Positions 1 through 12,897 of a stretch of DNA of 64,000 nucleotides are shown piece by piece. The notes beneath the pieces are model-generated. The model worked only from the letters and a program-made list of their open reading frames with translations. It was not told the origin of the DNA and did not search any database. The stretch is from Squalus acanthias (taxonomy: Eukaryota). The DNA lies in NCBI GenBank assembly GCA_030390025.1, contig CM059432.1, positions 2,976,001-3,040,000 of the forward strand, read 5' to 3'. How positions within the stretch are numbered: the stretch's first letter is position 1; every line of letters begins with the position of its first letter. The translations under genes were made by a program, and so were the position numbers.

Positions 1-3000
1 TCAAATCTCGGGAGTGAGACTTGAACCCACAACCTGTTGACTCAAAGGCAAGTGTGCTACCAAGTGAGCCACAGCTGACACCAATTAACCAATTAGATTG
101 AAGAATCGTGAATGAGCAGCGGATTGTCTGAACCAGGAAGTGTAAATAGGAACATTGAATTCAAATTAAAATCAAGTACAGAAGGAAAATAAAGAGAGGG
201 AAAGAAAGATAAGATTAAGAGAGAGAGAGATAAAAGAGACAGAAAGAAAAAGTTCGAAATCAATTTTTAATTCAATTTTTTTTTAACGTCTCCAACAACA
301 ATTAAAAGCTGAAGGAATGAGACTCCACATTTGTAATAGTTAATTTTCAGTGCCAGAGAGTTGACTGGTAGTAATTAAGACTTACCGTGCTGTTAAAAGA
401 GTACTTACACTAGAATGAACAAGCCCTAACTTTCTGTGACGAGTTTAATCTGTACCTACGACGTCAGTACAGGAACTTCACGCCGTTCAGTGTATTTGAA
501 TGTGGAGTCAGACGGCAAGATGCTGTTTTCGCGCAGCTTATGGAGCAATGTTGCATCTCGGACTGCAACTTCCGGATTTTTGCGTTTCACCGTGCATGTG
601 TGGTCGCCGGAGTTTGCTGTACAATTTCCAGGTAAATAATGGTGAGTGCTGATAGACTCCCCATTATTTTCACAGAAAAATTCATCCCAATACTCTAGCT
701 GGGGCCTAACCGGTGATTTATAAAGGTTTTGTATAACTTCCTCGCTTTTCTACTCTATGCCTCTATTTATAAAGCCAAGGATCCCGTATGCTTTTTAACA
801 GCCCTTCTCAACTTGTCCTGCTACCTTAAAAGACTTGTGTATGCACACCCCCCAGTCTCTCTGCTCCTGCATCCCCTTTAGAATTGTACCCTTTAGTTTA
901 TATTGCCTCGGTTTAACGCCGTGCGATTTTTTACGTCCACCTGAGAGAGCAGACGGGGCCTCGGTTTAACATCTCATCCGAAAGATGGCACCTCTGACAG
1001 TGCAGCGTTCCCTCAGTACTGCACTGGGAGTGTCAGCCTAGATTTTTGTGCTCAAGTCTCTGGAGTGGGACTCGAACCCCGAACCCACAACCTTTAGTGA
1101 CGACAGTGATACCCACGGCTGTCTTGCTCTAAGTTTTAAAACCAGATCAACCAGCTACTCCTGTTTAAGAGTGCCAGATATTAAATGATAGATTTTACAG
1201 GCTTGATATTAATCCCTTATACTTGTACTAAGGCTTGCAATGGCTTGGAATAGGATTGGATGAATTGGTTTGGTTCAGTGTGAATTATAATTTACATTTC
1301 CCTATTATTTTTTTAATTATTCGTTCATGGAATGTGGGTGTCGCTGTCAAGGCCAGCATTTATTGCCCATCCCTAATTGCCCTTGAGAAGGTGGTGGTGA
1401 GCCGCCTTCTTGAACCACTGCAGTCCGTGTGGTGAAGGCTGCTCCCACAGTGCGGTTAGGGAGGGAGTTCCAGGATTTTGACCCAGCAAAGATGAAGGAA
1501 CGGCCGATATATTTCCAAGTCAGGATGGTGTGTAACTTGAAGGTGAACTTGGAGGTGGTAGTGTTCCCGTGCGCCTGCTGCATTTGTCCTCCTAGGTGGT
1601 AAAGGTCACAGGTTTGGGAGGTGCTGCTGAAGAAGCCTTGGCGAGTTGCTGCAGTGCATCTTGTAGATGGTGCACACTGCAGCCACGGTGCGCCGGTGGA
1701 GGAGGGAGTGAATGTTTAAGGTGGTGGATGGGGTGCCAATCAAGCGGGCTGCTTTGTCCTGGATGGTGTTGAGCTTCTTGAGTGTTGTTGGAGCTGCACT
1801 TATCCAGGCAAGTGGAGAGTATTCCATCACACTCCTTACTTGTGCCTTGTAGATGGTGGAAAGGCTTTGGGGAGTCAGGAGGTGAGACACTCGCCACAGA
1901 ATACCCAGCCTCTGACCTGCTCTGTGGCTGCAGTATTTATGTGGCTGGTCCAGTTACGTTTCTGGTCAATGGTGACCCCCAGGATGTTAATGGTGGGGGA
2001 TTTGATGATGGAATCCAGAGGTGGTTAGACTCTCGCTTGTTGGAGATAGTTATTGCCTGGCACTTGTGTGGCACGAATGTTACTTACCACTTACCAACTG
2101 TCATCCAGGTCTTGTTGCATGCGGGCATGGACTGCTTCATTATCTGAGGAGTTGTGAATGGCGCTGAACACTGTGCAGTCATCAGCAAACATCCTCACTT
2201 CTGACCTTATGATGGAGGGAAGGTCATTGATGAAGCAGCTGAAGATGGTTGGGCCTAGGACACTGCCCTGAGGAACTCCTGCAGCGATGTCCTGGGGCTG
2301 TGATGATTGACCTCCAACCACCACAACCATCTTCCTTTGAGCCAGGTATGACTCCAGCCAGTGGAGAGTTTTCCCCCCGATTCCCATTGACTTCAGTTTT
2401 ACTAGGGCTCCTTGATGCCACACTCGGTCAAATGCTGCCTTGATGTCAAGGGCAGTCACTCTCACCTCACCTCTGGAATTCAGCTCCTTTGTCCATGTTT
2501 GGACCAAGGCTGTAATGAGGTCGGGAGCCGAGTGGTCTTGGCGGAACCCAAACTGGGCATCAGTGAGCAGGTTGTTGGTGAGTAAGTGCCGCTTGATAGC
2601 ACTGTCAACAACACCTTCCATCACTTTGCTGATGATTGAGAGTAGACTGATGGAGCGGTAATCGACGGATTGGATTTGTCCTGTTTTTTGTGGACAGGAC
2701 ATACCTGGGCAGTTTTCCACATTGTTGGGTAGATGCCAGTGTTGTAGCTGTACTGGAACAACTTGGCTAGAGGCACGGCTAGTTCTGAAGCACATGTCTT
2801 CAGCACGACAGCCGGGATGTTGTCGGGGCCCATAGCCTTTGCTGTATCCAGTGTGCTCAGCCGTTTCTTGATATCACGTGGAGTGAATCACATTAGCTGA
2901 AGACTGGCTTCTATGATGGTGGGGACCTCAGGAGTAGGCCGATATAGATCATCCACTTGGCACTTCTGGCTTAAGATGGTTGCAAACGCTTCAGCCTTGT

Positions 3001-4286
3001 CTTTTATACTCACGTGCTGGGATCCGCCATCATTGAGGATGGGGATATTCGTGGAGCCTCCTCCTCCCGTTAGTTGTTTAATGGTCCACCAACATTCACG
3101 ACTTGATGTGGCAGGACTGCAGAGCTTAGATCTGATCCGTTGATTGTGGGATCGCTTAGATCTGTCTATAGCACGCTGCTTGCACTGTTTAGCATGCACA
3201 TAGTCCTGTGTTGCAGCTTCCTCAGGTTGGCACCTCATTTTTAGGTACACCTGGTACTGCTCCTGCACTCCTCATTGAACCAGGGTTTGTCCCCTGGCTT
3301 GATGGTAATGGTAAAGTGAGAGATATGCTGTGCCATGAGGTTACAGATTGTGGTGGAATACAATTCTGCTGCTGCTGATGGCCCACAGCACCTCATGGAT
3401 GCCCAGTTTTGAGCTGCTAGATCTGTTTTGAATCTATCCCATTTAGCACGGTGGTAGTGCCACACAACACGATGGAGTGTGTCCTCAGTGTGAAGACAGG
3501 ACTTCGTCTCCACAAGGAGTGTGCAGTGGTCACTGCTACCAATGTGGTCATGGACAGATGCATCTGCGACAGGTAGATGGGCGAGGACGAAGTCAAGTAG
3601 GTTTTCCCTCATGTTGGTTCTCTCACCACCTGCTGCAGGCCCAGACTGGCAGCTATGTCCTTCAGGACTCGGCCAGCTTGGTCAGTAGTGGTGCTACCGA
3701 GCCACTCTTGGTGATGGACATTGAAGTCCTCCACCCAGAGTACATTCTGTGCCCTTGCTACTCTCAGTGCTTCTTCCAAGTGGTGTTCAACATGATTCAT
3801 CAGCTGAAGCAGGGCGGTAGGTGGTAATCAGCAGGAGGTTTTCTTGCCCATGCTTGACCTGAAGCCATGAGACTTCATGGGGTCTGGAGTCAATGCTGAG
3901 CACTCCCAGGGCCACTCCTTCCTGACTGTATACCACTGTGCCACCACCCCTGGTGGGTCTGTCCTGCTGGTGGGACAGGACATACCCAGGGATGGTGATG
4001 GAGGAGTCTGGGACATTGGCTGAAAGCTATGATTCTGTGAGTATGACTATGTCAGGCTGTTGCTTGACTAGTCTGTGGGACAGCTCTCCCAATTTTGGCA
4101 CAAGTCTCCAGATGTTCGTGAGGTGGACTTTGCAGGGTCGACTGGGCTGGATGTTGTCCTGTCCGTAGCCGGTGCCGAGGTTCAATGCTGGGTGGTCCTT
4201 CCAGTTTTATTCTTATTATTGTTTTTCGTAGCGGTTTGTTACAACTGAGTGGCTTGCGAGGCCATTTCAGAGGACAGTTAAGAGTC

Positions 4287-7200
4287 CTGGGGCATTGGGA
4301 CTGGTTCTGGGGGAGGTGGGACCTATACAGGCCGGACGGGTTGCACCTCAACAGGGCCGGAACCAATATCCTAGTGGTGAGGTTTGCTAGTGCTGTTGGG
4401 GAGGGTTTAAACTAATTTGGCAGGGGGATGAGCACCAGGATGTAACATTAGAAAGGGGGAATAAAGTGCTCAAAGGATTGGGAGAGGCAGAGAGCACTAA
4501 AGTAAGAAATAGTAAGGTATTACGTGGGGTCAAACTAAGAGAGAATACAGGATGGTCTAAGATGGGTTCACAGTGTATGTGTGTGAACGCACGAAGCGCA
4601 GTAAACAAGGTAAGTGAGCTGCAGGCACAAATAGCCACATGAGAATATGATGTTGTGGCAATAACTGACACCTGGCTCAAAAAAGGGCAGGATTGGGTAT
4701 TCAATATTCCTGGTTATAAGGTGTTCATGAAAGATAGGAAAGGAAAGAAAGGAGGTAGGGTGGCACTATTGGTTAAGGAGAATATTACAGTGCTGGAGAG
4801 GGAGGATGTCCTGGAGGGGTCAAGGACAGAATCTATATGGTTAGAGTTGAGAAACAATAGAGGTGCCATTACACTACTAGGTGTATTCTATAGGCCACCA
4901 ACTAGTGGGAAAGATATAGAGAAGCAAATTTGCAGAGAAATTACAGAGAGCTGCAAGAACTATAGAGTAGTAACAATGGGGGACTTCAACTATCCTAATA
5001 TAGTCTGGGGTCGTAATAGTGTAAAGGGCAGAGAAGGGGAAGAATTTCTGAAGTGTGTTCAGGAGAACTTTCTTGATCAGTATGTTTCCAGCCCAACGAG
5101 GGAGGAGGCATTGCTGGATCTGGTTCTGAGGAATGAGGTAGGTCAAGTGGAGCAAGTGTCAGTAGGTGAACATTTAGGGAACAGTGATCATAGTATCATA
5201 AGGTTTAGATTAGCTATGGAAAAGGATAGGGAGCAAACTAGAGTAAAAATGTTTAACTGGGGGAAGCCCAATTTCAGTGGGAGAACAGATCTGGCCCGGG
5301 TAAACTGGAATCAAAGGTTGGCAGGCAAAACTGTAATGGAAATGCTTTTAAAGAGGAAATAGTTCAGGTACAGTCGAGGTACATTCCCACTAGGAGGAAA
5401 GGCAGGGCAACTAAAGTCAGGGCTCCCTGGATGATGAAAGGGATAGAGAATATGATGAATCAGAAAAAGAGCAGGTATGGCAGATGTCAGGTTGCAAATA
5501 CATCTGAGAATCAGGCTAAATATAGAAAGGTCAGAGGAGAAGTGAAAAAGAAAATAAGAGGGACAAAGAGAGGGTATGAGAATAGAATGGCAGCCAACAT
5601 AAAAGGTAATCCAAAAGTCTTCTATAGGCATATAAATAGTAAAAGGGTAGTAAGAGGAGGGGTGTGGCCGATTAGGGACCAAAAAGGAGACCTATGCATG
5701 GAGGCCAAGGGTATGGCTGAGGTACTAAATGTGTACTTTGCATCTGTCTTCACCAAGGAAGAGGATGCTGCCATCGACATAGTAAAGGAGGAGGCAGTGG
5801 AGACACTTGATAGTATAAAAATTGATAAAGAGGAGGTATCAGAAAGGCTGGCTGTACTTAAAGTAGATAAATCACCAGGAGCGGATGGGATGCATCCTAG
5901 AATGCTGAGGGAATAAATCACGGAGGTACTGGCCATAATATTACACTCCTCCTTAGATACGTGGGTGGTGCCAGAGGACTGGAGAATTGTAAATATTACA
6001 CCATTGTTCAAAAAAGGGTGTAAAGATAAACCCAGCAACTACAGGCCAGTCAGTTTAACCTCGGTAGTGGGAAGCTTTTAGAAACAATAATCAGGGACAA
6101 AATTAACAGTCACTTGGATAGGTGTGTATTAATTAAGGAAAGCCAGCATGGATTTGTTAAAGGCAAATCATGTTTAACTAACTTGATCGAGTTTTTTGAT
6201 GAGGTATCAGAGAGGGTTGATGAGAGTAATGCAGTTGACGTGGTGTACATGGATTTCCAAACGCCGTTCGACAAAGTGCCACATTATAGGCTTGCCAAAA
6301 AGGTTGAAGCCCATGGAATAAAAGGGACAGTGGCAGCATGGATACGGAATTGGCTAAGTGACAGGAAACATAGAAACAGAAGATAGGAGCAGGAGTAGGC
6401 CATTCGGCCCCTCGAGCCTGCTCCGCCATTCGATGAGATCATGGCTGATCATCCAAACTAAGTACCCTGTACCTGCCTTCTCCCCATATCTCTTGATACC
6501 TTTAGCTTTAAGAAATATATCTAACTCATTCTTGAATATATTTAATGACTTGGCCTCAACTACCTTCTGTGGTAGAGAATTCCACAGGTTCACCACTCTC
6601 TGGGTGAAGAAATTCATCCTCATTTCTGTCCTAAATGGCTTACCCGTTATCCTTAGATTATGACCCCTGGTTCTGGACTCTCCGGCCATCGGGAACATTC
6701 TTCCTGCATCTAGTTTGTCCAGACCTGTCAGAATTTTATATGTTTCGATGAGATCCCCTCTCATTCTTCTATACTCCAGCGAGTATAAGCCCAATCGACC
6801 CAATCTCTCCTCATATGTCATTCATGCCATCCCAGGTATCAGCCTTGTGAATCTTCGCTGAACTCCTTCCATGGCAAGAACATCCTTCCTCAGATAAGGC
6901 GACCAAAAGTGCACACAGTACTCAAGGTGTGGTCTCACCAAGGCCCTGTACAACTGCAGCAGGACATCCCTGTTCCTATACTCAAACCCTTTCGCTATGA
7001 AGGCCAACATACCATTTGCCTTCTTCACCGCCTGCTGCACCTGCATGCTTACTTTCAGCGACTGGTGCACAAGGACACCCAGGTCTCATTGCACTTCCCC
7101 TTCTCCCAATCTATTGCCATTCAAATAATAGTCTGCCTTTCTGTTTTTGACACCAAAGTGGATAACCTCTCACTTATCCACGTTATATTGCATCTGCCAC

Positions 7201-8885
7201 ACTTCTGCCCACTCACCCAACCTGTCCAAATCATCCTGGAGTTTCTCGGTATCCTCCTCACAGCACACACTCCCACCCAGCTTTGTGTCATCTGCAAACT
7301 TGGAGATATTACATTTAGTTCCCTTATCTAGATCATTAATGTATATTGTGAATAGCTGGGGTCCAAGGACCGATCCCTGCGGTACCCCACTAGTCACTGC
7401 TTGCCACTCGGAAAAAGACCCATTAATTCCTATTCTCTGCTTCCTGTCCGCCAACCAGTTCTCTATCCAAGTCAATACCTTGCCCCCAATCCCATGTGCC
7501 TTAACTTTACATGCGAATCTCTTATGCGGGACCTTATCAAAAGCCATTTTAAAGTCCAAATACACCACATCTACTGGTTCTCCCTTATCTATTTTCCCAG
7601 TTACATCCTCAAAAAATTCCAGTAGATTAGTCAAGCACGATTTACCTTTTGTAAATCCATGTTGACTTTGTCCGATCCTGTCACTGTTTTTCAAGTGCTC
7701 AGCTATTACATCCTTTATAATGGACTCTAGCATTTTCCCCAATACCGATGTCAGGCTTACCGGTCTGTAATTCTCCGCTTTCTCTCTACCACCCTTTTTG
7801 AATAGTGGGGTAACATTAGCTACCCTCCAATCCATGGGTACAGTTCCAGATTCCATCGAAACAGAGAGTAGTGGTGAACGGTTATTTTTCGGACTGGAGG
7901 AAGGTATACAGTGGTGTTCCCCAGGGGTCGGTTCTGGGACCACTGCTTTTCTTGATATATATTAATGACCAGGATGTGGGTGTACAGGGCACAATATCAA
8001 AATTTGCAGATGACACAAAACTTGGAAGTATAGTGAACAGTGAGAAGGATAGTGATAGACTTCAGGAAGACATAGACAGGCTGGTGAAATGGGCAGACAC
8101 GTGGCAGATGAAATTTAATGCAGAAAAGTGTGAAGTGATACATTTTGGTAGAATGAGGAGGACATATAATCTAAAGCGTACAATCCTGAAGGGGGTGCAT
8201 GAACTGAGAGACCTGGGGGTATGTGTGCACAAATCGCTGAAGGTGGCAGGGCAGGTTGAGAAAGCAGTTAAAAAGGCTTACGGGATCCTGGGCTTCATAA
8301 ATAGAGGTATAGAGTACAAAAGTGTGGAAATTATGATGAACCTTTATAAAACACTAGTTCGACCCCAACTGGAGTATTGTGTCCAATTCTGGGCACTGCA
8401 CTTTAGGAAGGATGTGAAGGCCTTAGTGAGGGTGCAGAAAAGATTTACAAGAATGATTCCAGGGATGAGGGACTCCAGTTATGTGGATAGACTGGAGAAG
8501 CTGGGGTTGTTCTCCTTAGAGCAGAGAAGACTGAGAGGAGATTTGATAGAGGTGTTCAAAATCATGAGGGATCTGGACAGAGTAGATAGAGGGAAACTGT
8601 TCCCATTGGCGGAAGGGACGAGAACCAGAGGACACAGATTTAAGGTGATTGGCAAAGGCAATGTTAAACAAAAACTTTTTTACGCAGCGAGTGGTTATGA
8701 TCTGGAATGCACTGCCTGAAAGGGTGGTGGAGGCATATTCAATCGTGGCTTTCAAAAGGGAGTTGGATAAGTATCTGAAGGAAAGAAATTTGCAGGGCTA
8801 CAGAGAAAGGGACTAGCTGAAGTGCTCTTGCAGAGAGCCAGCACAGGCTTGACGGACCGAATGGTATAACTATTCTATGATTCTA
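4287..8885 (+). mobile_element. CR1 LINE, 5'-truncated in ORF1, with degenerate ORF2
   Basis: End of the ORF1 esterase (DGLHLN), APE ORF 4655-5362, RT pieces 5431-6366 and 7871-8719 (FADD), and a TTCTATGA-type tail. Interrupted by an antisense CR1. Confidence 0.92.
6371..7857 (-). mobile_element. CR1 LINE 3' fragment nested in the above CR1
   Basis: RT and C-terminal ORFs 7170-7943, 6822-7070 and 6354-6821. Flanked by the duplication GAAACA (6365-6370 and 7858-7863). Confidence 0.92.
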
Positions 8886-9209
8886 ACCACATTGCTGTGG
8901 GTCTGGAGTCACATATCGGCCAGACCGGGTAAGGACAGCAGATTTCCTTCCCTAAAGGACATTAGTGAACCAGATGGGTTTTTAATGACAATCCGATAGT
9001 TTCATGGTCACCATTACTGATGCCAAGCTTTTTTATTCCAGATTTATTGAATTAACTGAATTTAAATTCCCCAGCTGCCGTGGTTGGATTTGAACTCACA
9101 GTCTCCGGATCATTAGTCCAGGTCTAGCTGAGATTACTCGTCCAGTAACATAACCACCATGCTACCATTCCCGACCGATTTACAAAAGAAAAGTGGTAGA
9201 ACAAGTGAC

Positions 9210-9372
9210 CAATGTTGCTGCTAAGCCGCGCGGCCGCACAGCGGGCTGGAGGTCCCGCGCAGGCCGCCCACCGGCTCTTACATGGAAGAAACCACGCCTG
9301 CGCGAAAATTTGAATGGGCCGCGCAGCCACTTAAAGGGACCGCGCACAAAACAAAAATTAGAGGGAACATTG
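9210..9372. mobile_element. hAT-type MITE
   Basis: Imperfect TIRs CAATGTTGCTGCTAA and TTAGAGGGAACATTG with a perfect 8-bp TSD CAAGTGAC. Related copy at 37330-37456. Confidence 0.8.
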
Positions 9373-10360
9373 CAAGTGACCCGTTTGAATTTGAGTTGAA
9401 CATTTCTTTAAAGGGGGCGGTTCCTGGGAAATGGATTGCTTGATTTTGTTCTAAGTTGACGATGGTGCAGATGAACACACAGTGCAAGGTTTTTCTAGTT
9501 TCTTTTTTTTTGTTTCTTGACAGGAGATTGAATTAATGTCTTCAAAAAAGTTTTGCAAACATTTCAAAAGCAACAGTATGACAGCAATATAGCAAAGTAT
9601 AAAGAGGCTGAGAGAAAAAAAACTCAGGCAAGCCACATCTTGGGAAATTCGGAGGCCAAATCCGGAGTTCAATATTGCTTCAAAGTCTGCCAGTTTCTCG
9701 AAATCTACAGGCTAACACCATTTTAAACTTAGTACGCAAACTATTCGAATGACAGAAAGACTGTTCTGTACATAGCTGAGCGTGTCTTTTAGATATAAAC
9801 AAAGTGCATGTATTCATATAATGAAACAGGTGTTAAGGAAAAATAGAAAATGCCTGAGACTAAATCCTTATTCGACATAACAACAAAAACTTGTATTTAT
9901 ATAGCGCCTTTAACGTAGTAAAACGTCCCAAGGCGCTTCACAGGAGCGATTATCAGACACAATTTGACACCGAGTCACATAAGGAGATATTAAGACCGGT
10001 GACCAGAAGCTTGGTCAAAGAGGTAATGAAAGAACTTGCATTTCTACAGCGCCTTTCATGACTTCTGGAGGTCCCAAAGCGCTTCACAGCCAATGAAGTA
10101 CTTTTGAAGTGTAGTCACTGTTGTCCCGTAGGAAACGCAGCAGCCATCCAGTGCTTGGGGCCCAGGCAGCTGAAGGCACGAATGCCAATGGTGGGGCGGA
10201 GGAAATCAGGGAATGCGCAAGAGGCTGGAATTGGAGGAACGCAGAGATCTCGGAGGGCTGGAAGAAGTTTCAGAGATTGGGAGGGACGAGGCCATGGAAG
10301 GATTTGAACACAAGAGTGAGAATTTTAAATTTGAGGCTGAATCCTAATACCACAATATTT

Positions 10361-11252
10361 GGGGGGGAGAAATTCGGTATCTCGCCCGTTTGGGGCGCAA
10401 TTATCGGCCGGGCGCAAAGTTTAGCGTCTGGCGCTAATTATCACCTCCGACTGCAAACTTGGCTTCTATCGCCCCTGGAGGTGATTGGAGCGCTAAATCA
10501 GGCGCTACACATCTCTCTTAAGGTACTAACGCCGAGGAGCGAGGTGCTACCTCAGAGCGCTGGCGAAGCTCATGTGATGTCAGTCAGCAATGGAACACAC
10601 ACACAATGGCCCCGGCCAGTTCTTAAAGGGGAGGGTTGATCTTGCTCTCCATCCACACCCTGCTCATTGCAGCCTTGAATCTCGGCCTGGAGAGTCCTGT
10701 ACATCAAATCTGCTGGAAAGAACAATGGAGAGGCCCAGGGAAAGAGCTCAGAGTGCAGCCCCCACAATCTCTTCTAAATCGATGCAAGGAAGGTCAAATC
10801 AAAATGAACCTGCAAAGTGCTGCTCAGTACCCAAAACTCCTTCACACAGCGTTGAATCTCTCCAGAAGTCTCTCTCTCGCAGAATGCCTGGTGCAAAAAT
10901 GTCACTGACAAAAAAAGGCAGGAAGCGGTCACCTTTAAATAGCGCTCCCCCAGTCCCTTCCCGACTGCAAAACGCTCCCCTCAACCTGTCGTTGCTAGCG
11001 GCAGGCGGAAAGGCAGGGGGCGCCACTCAATATCCGGTCCGGGGCGCTACCGGGGCGTTGCACGCTCAGCTGACGTCACGATCTGCGGGCGCAGGAGATC
11101 GTGGTGGTAGTGTTTAGCGCTGCCGCAAAATGTCTGGTCAATTTCGCGAGCAGCGCAAAAATCGCCGCGCCCGGTGCACTAGTTGCTTTGCGCCCCTTTA
11201 GCACCCTCTTAGGGCGCTAACGGGAGGCGCAAAGCAACCGAATTTTTCCCCC
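10361..11252. mobile_element. Non-autonomous TIR element (about 890 bp, probably PIF/Harbinger-like)
   Basis: TIRs GGGGGAGAAATTCGGT and ACCGAATTTTTCCCCC. An inverted copy lies at 25971-26863. Confidence 0.8.
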
Positions 11253-11819
11253 TAAGTCTTAATATCACATTATGTTGTATGTAACTATTAAAGAAAGCAA
11301 TCTTACAATACAAATTCATCTTGGAAAATAGACTTCCTACAATGTGCAGCACTGAAAACAGAGAGGCCTGTGAACCTGCCGATACAAAGCACGAGTCCTT
11401 GGATAGTTGCATTCTCAAGACCAGCAGGTCATTCAAACATTCCGTGGAAATAAAACCGCCTCGCGTTTATGTGTTATGAAAGACTACCAACAGTCCGAGC
11501 AGGTTGACTGCCACCTGACTAACTTTGTTTTTTTTCCACACGCCGCTTACTTTGTTACACCTCAACTCAATCAGCTGGATTCTGGCTGTTCTGGACGTCC
11601 TGGTAGCGCTGCAAGCGATGCCCTTTGTCAAGTAACCCACTGAATACCGAAATTCCTTTCATCATCACGGCACATAACGTTATCTCGTTCTTCTAAACAA
11701 CTTGCTCTATGAATATCTTATCGGACTGTATAAAACGAAGTGAGTTTAAAAATAAACCCAAACAGTGCTTTATCATTTTATGCAACCCTAGCCCATCCTT
11801 CCCTAAATATTAAACTAAT

Positions 11820-11825
11820 TTTATT
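11820..11825 (-). terminator. Candidate proximal AQP4 polyadenylation signal AATAAA
   Basis: TTTATT on the + strand about 50 nt past the extension stop. Use is unverified, and the 3' UTR may be longer. Confidence 0.3.
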
Positions 11826-11873
11826 GTCCTTACGATGGAATAATTGCTGTTGCAGTTGTCGAAGGGGACGTAT

Positions 11874-11963
11874 TTACAGCAGATCGGTCTCCTTTATAGG
11901 AATGACACAGGCCCTCAACATTTTACAAGACTCTTCTCTGTTTTCAGTGGCCTTTGCTAGTCA
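11874..11963 (-). CDS. AQP4: AQP4 stop-codon readthrough extension (AQP4ex-like, 29 aa: XLAKATENREESCKMLRACVIPIKETDLL)
   Basis: TGA CTAG readthrough context. The frame stays open for 29 codons including the recoded TGA, until TAA at 11876-11874. Length and terminal PIKETDLL match mammalian AQP4ex as I recall it. Confidence 0.85.
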
Positions 11964-12239
11964 TACAGATGACAGGAGTTCTTTGGTGGCATCTTTTTCC
12001 TTCTTTTCTTCATTCTGATCGACATCAATCACTTGAGAGCCTCCAGCTTTGACAGCCAGGTCCTCGTACTCAATGGCTTGGCTCCTATTGTCCTCCCCCT
12101 CCGCGTATTTGTCCCCGGAAGGCTGCGTAGACTTGAAAATATCTTTAAAGTGGTGCTTCAGTTCTCTGTGTGGGCAGAACAGATATTCGTAGAGGGCAGC
12201 GGCGATGATCCCACCCATCATAGGACCGACCCAGTAAAC
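11961..12239 (-). CDS. AQP4: AQP4 exon 5 coding part (TM6 and C-tail with PDZ-binding SSV)
   Basis: TTTCAG acceptor at 12241-12240. Encodes VYWVGPMMGGIIAAALYEYLFCP...KELLSSV, then TGA at 11963-11961. Confidence 0.97.
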   Translation of the reverse strand, partial: VYWVGPMMGGIIAAALYEYLFCPHRELKHHFKDIFKSTQPSGDKYAEGEDNRSQAIEYEDLAVKAGGSQVIDVDQNEEKKEKDATKELLSSV

Positions 12240-12281
12240 CTGAAACAGAAGGGGAAATAAATACAACACAATATTTATAAT

Positions 12282-12897
12282 TACATAGAATTACATAGAA
12301 TATACAGCACAGAAACAGGCTATTCGGCCCAACCAGTCTATGCCGGCGTTTATGCTCCACACGAGCCTCCTCCCGTCATTCCTCCTCCCACTCTTATCAG
12401 CATAACCCTCTATTCCTTTCTCCCTCATATGCTTATCTAGCCGCCCCTTAAATGCATCTATACTATTCGCTTCAACCACTCCCTGTGGTAACGAGTTCCA
12501 CATTCTCACCACTCTCTGGGTAAAGAAGTTTCTCCTGAATTCCCTATTGGATTTCTTGGTGACTATCTTATATTGATGGCCTCTAGTTTTGCTCTTCCCC
12601 ACAAGTGGAAACACTCTCTCTGTATCCACTCTATCAAAATTCTTCATAATTTTAAAGATCTCTATTAGGTCACCCCTCAGCCTGTTTACAAGAGAAAAGA
12701 GACCCAGCCTGTTCATCCTTTCCTGATAGGTATAAACTCGCATTTCTGGTATCATCCTTGCAAATCTTCTCTGCAACCTCTCCAGTGCCTCTATATCCTT
12801 TTTATAATATGGCGAACAGAACTGTACGCAATACTCCAAGTGTGGTCTAACCAAGGTTCGATACAAGTTTAGCATAACTTCCCTACTTTTCAATTCT
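12282..12897 (-). mobile_element. CR1 LINE 3' fragment immediately upstream of the AQP4 exon-5 acceptor
   Basis: ORF 12291-12893 (LVRPHLEYCVQF...RRNFFTQRVV) with a (TTCTATGTAA)n tail. Confidence 0.9.

Larger units (their letters stand above)
1306..9170 (-). mobile_element. Degenerate single-ORF CR1-group LINE (APE+RT) with tRNA-like 5' head, split by an inserted CR1 at about 4287-8885
   Basis: RT ORF 2091-2795 ([19 protein letters not shown]) and APE remnants at about 3240-4130 (PDIVILTES, PGY, RGGG, SDH). The 3' tail is at about 1306-1450. The 5' part continues across the insertion (GTTAAGAGTC|AACCACATTG), as shown by the uninterrupted sequence at 41170-41190. Confidence 0.85.

Noticed and set aside
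5622..7665. Numerous antisense ORFs over LINE RT regions
   Set aside because: They are shadow frames of CR1 ORF2 that recur in every copy.
10590..11117. 175-aa ORF with a near-identical counterpart at 26257-26637
   Set aside because: Both lie inside copies of the same TIR element, the frames diverge between copies, and no domain is recognisable.
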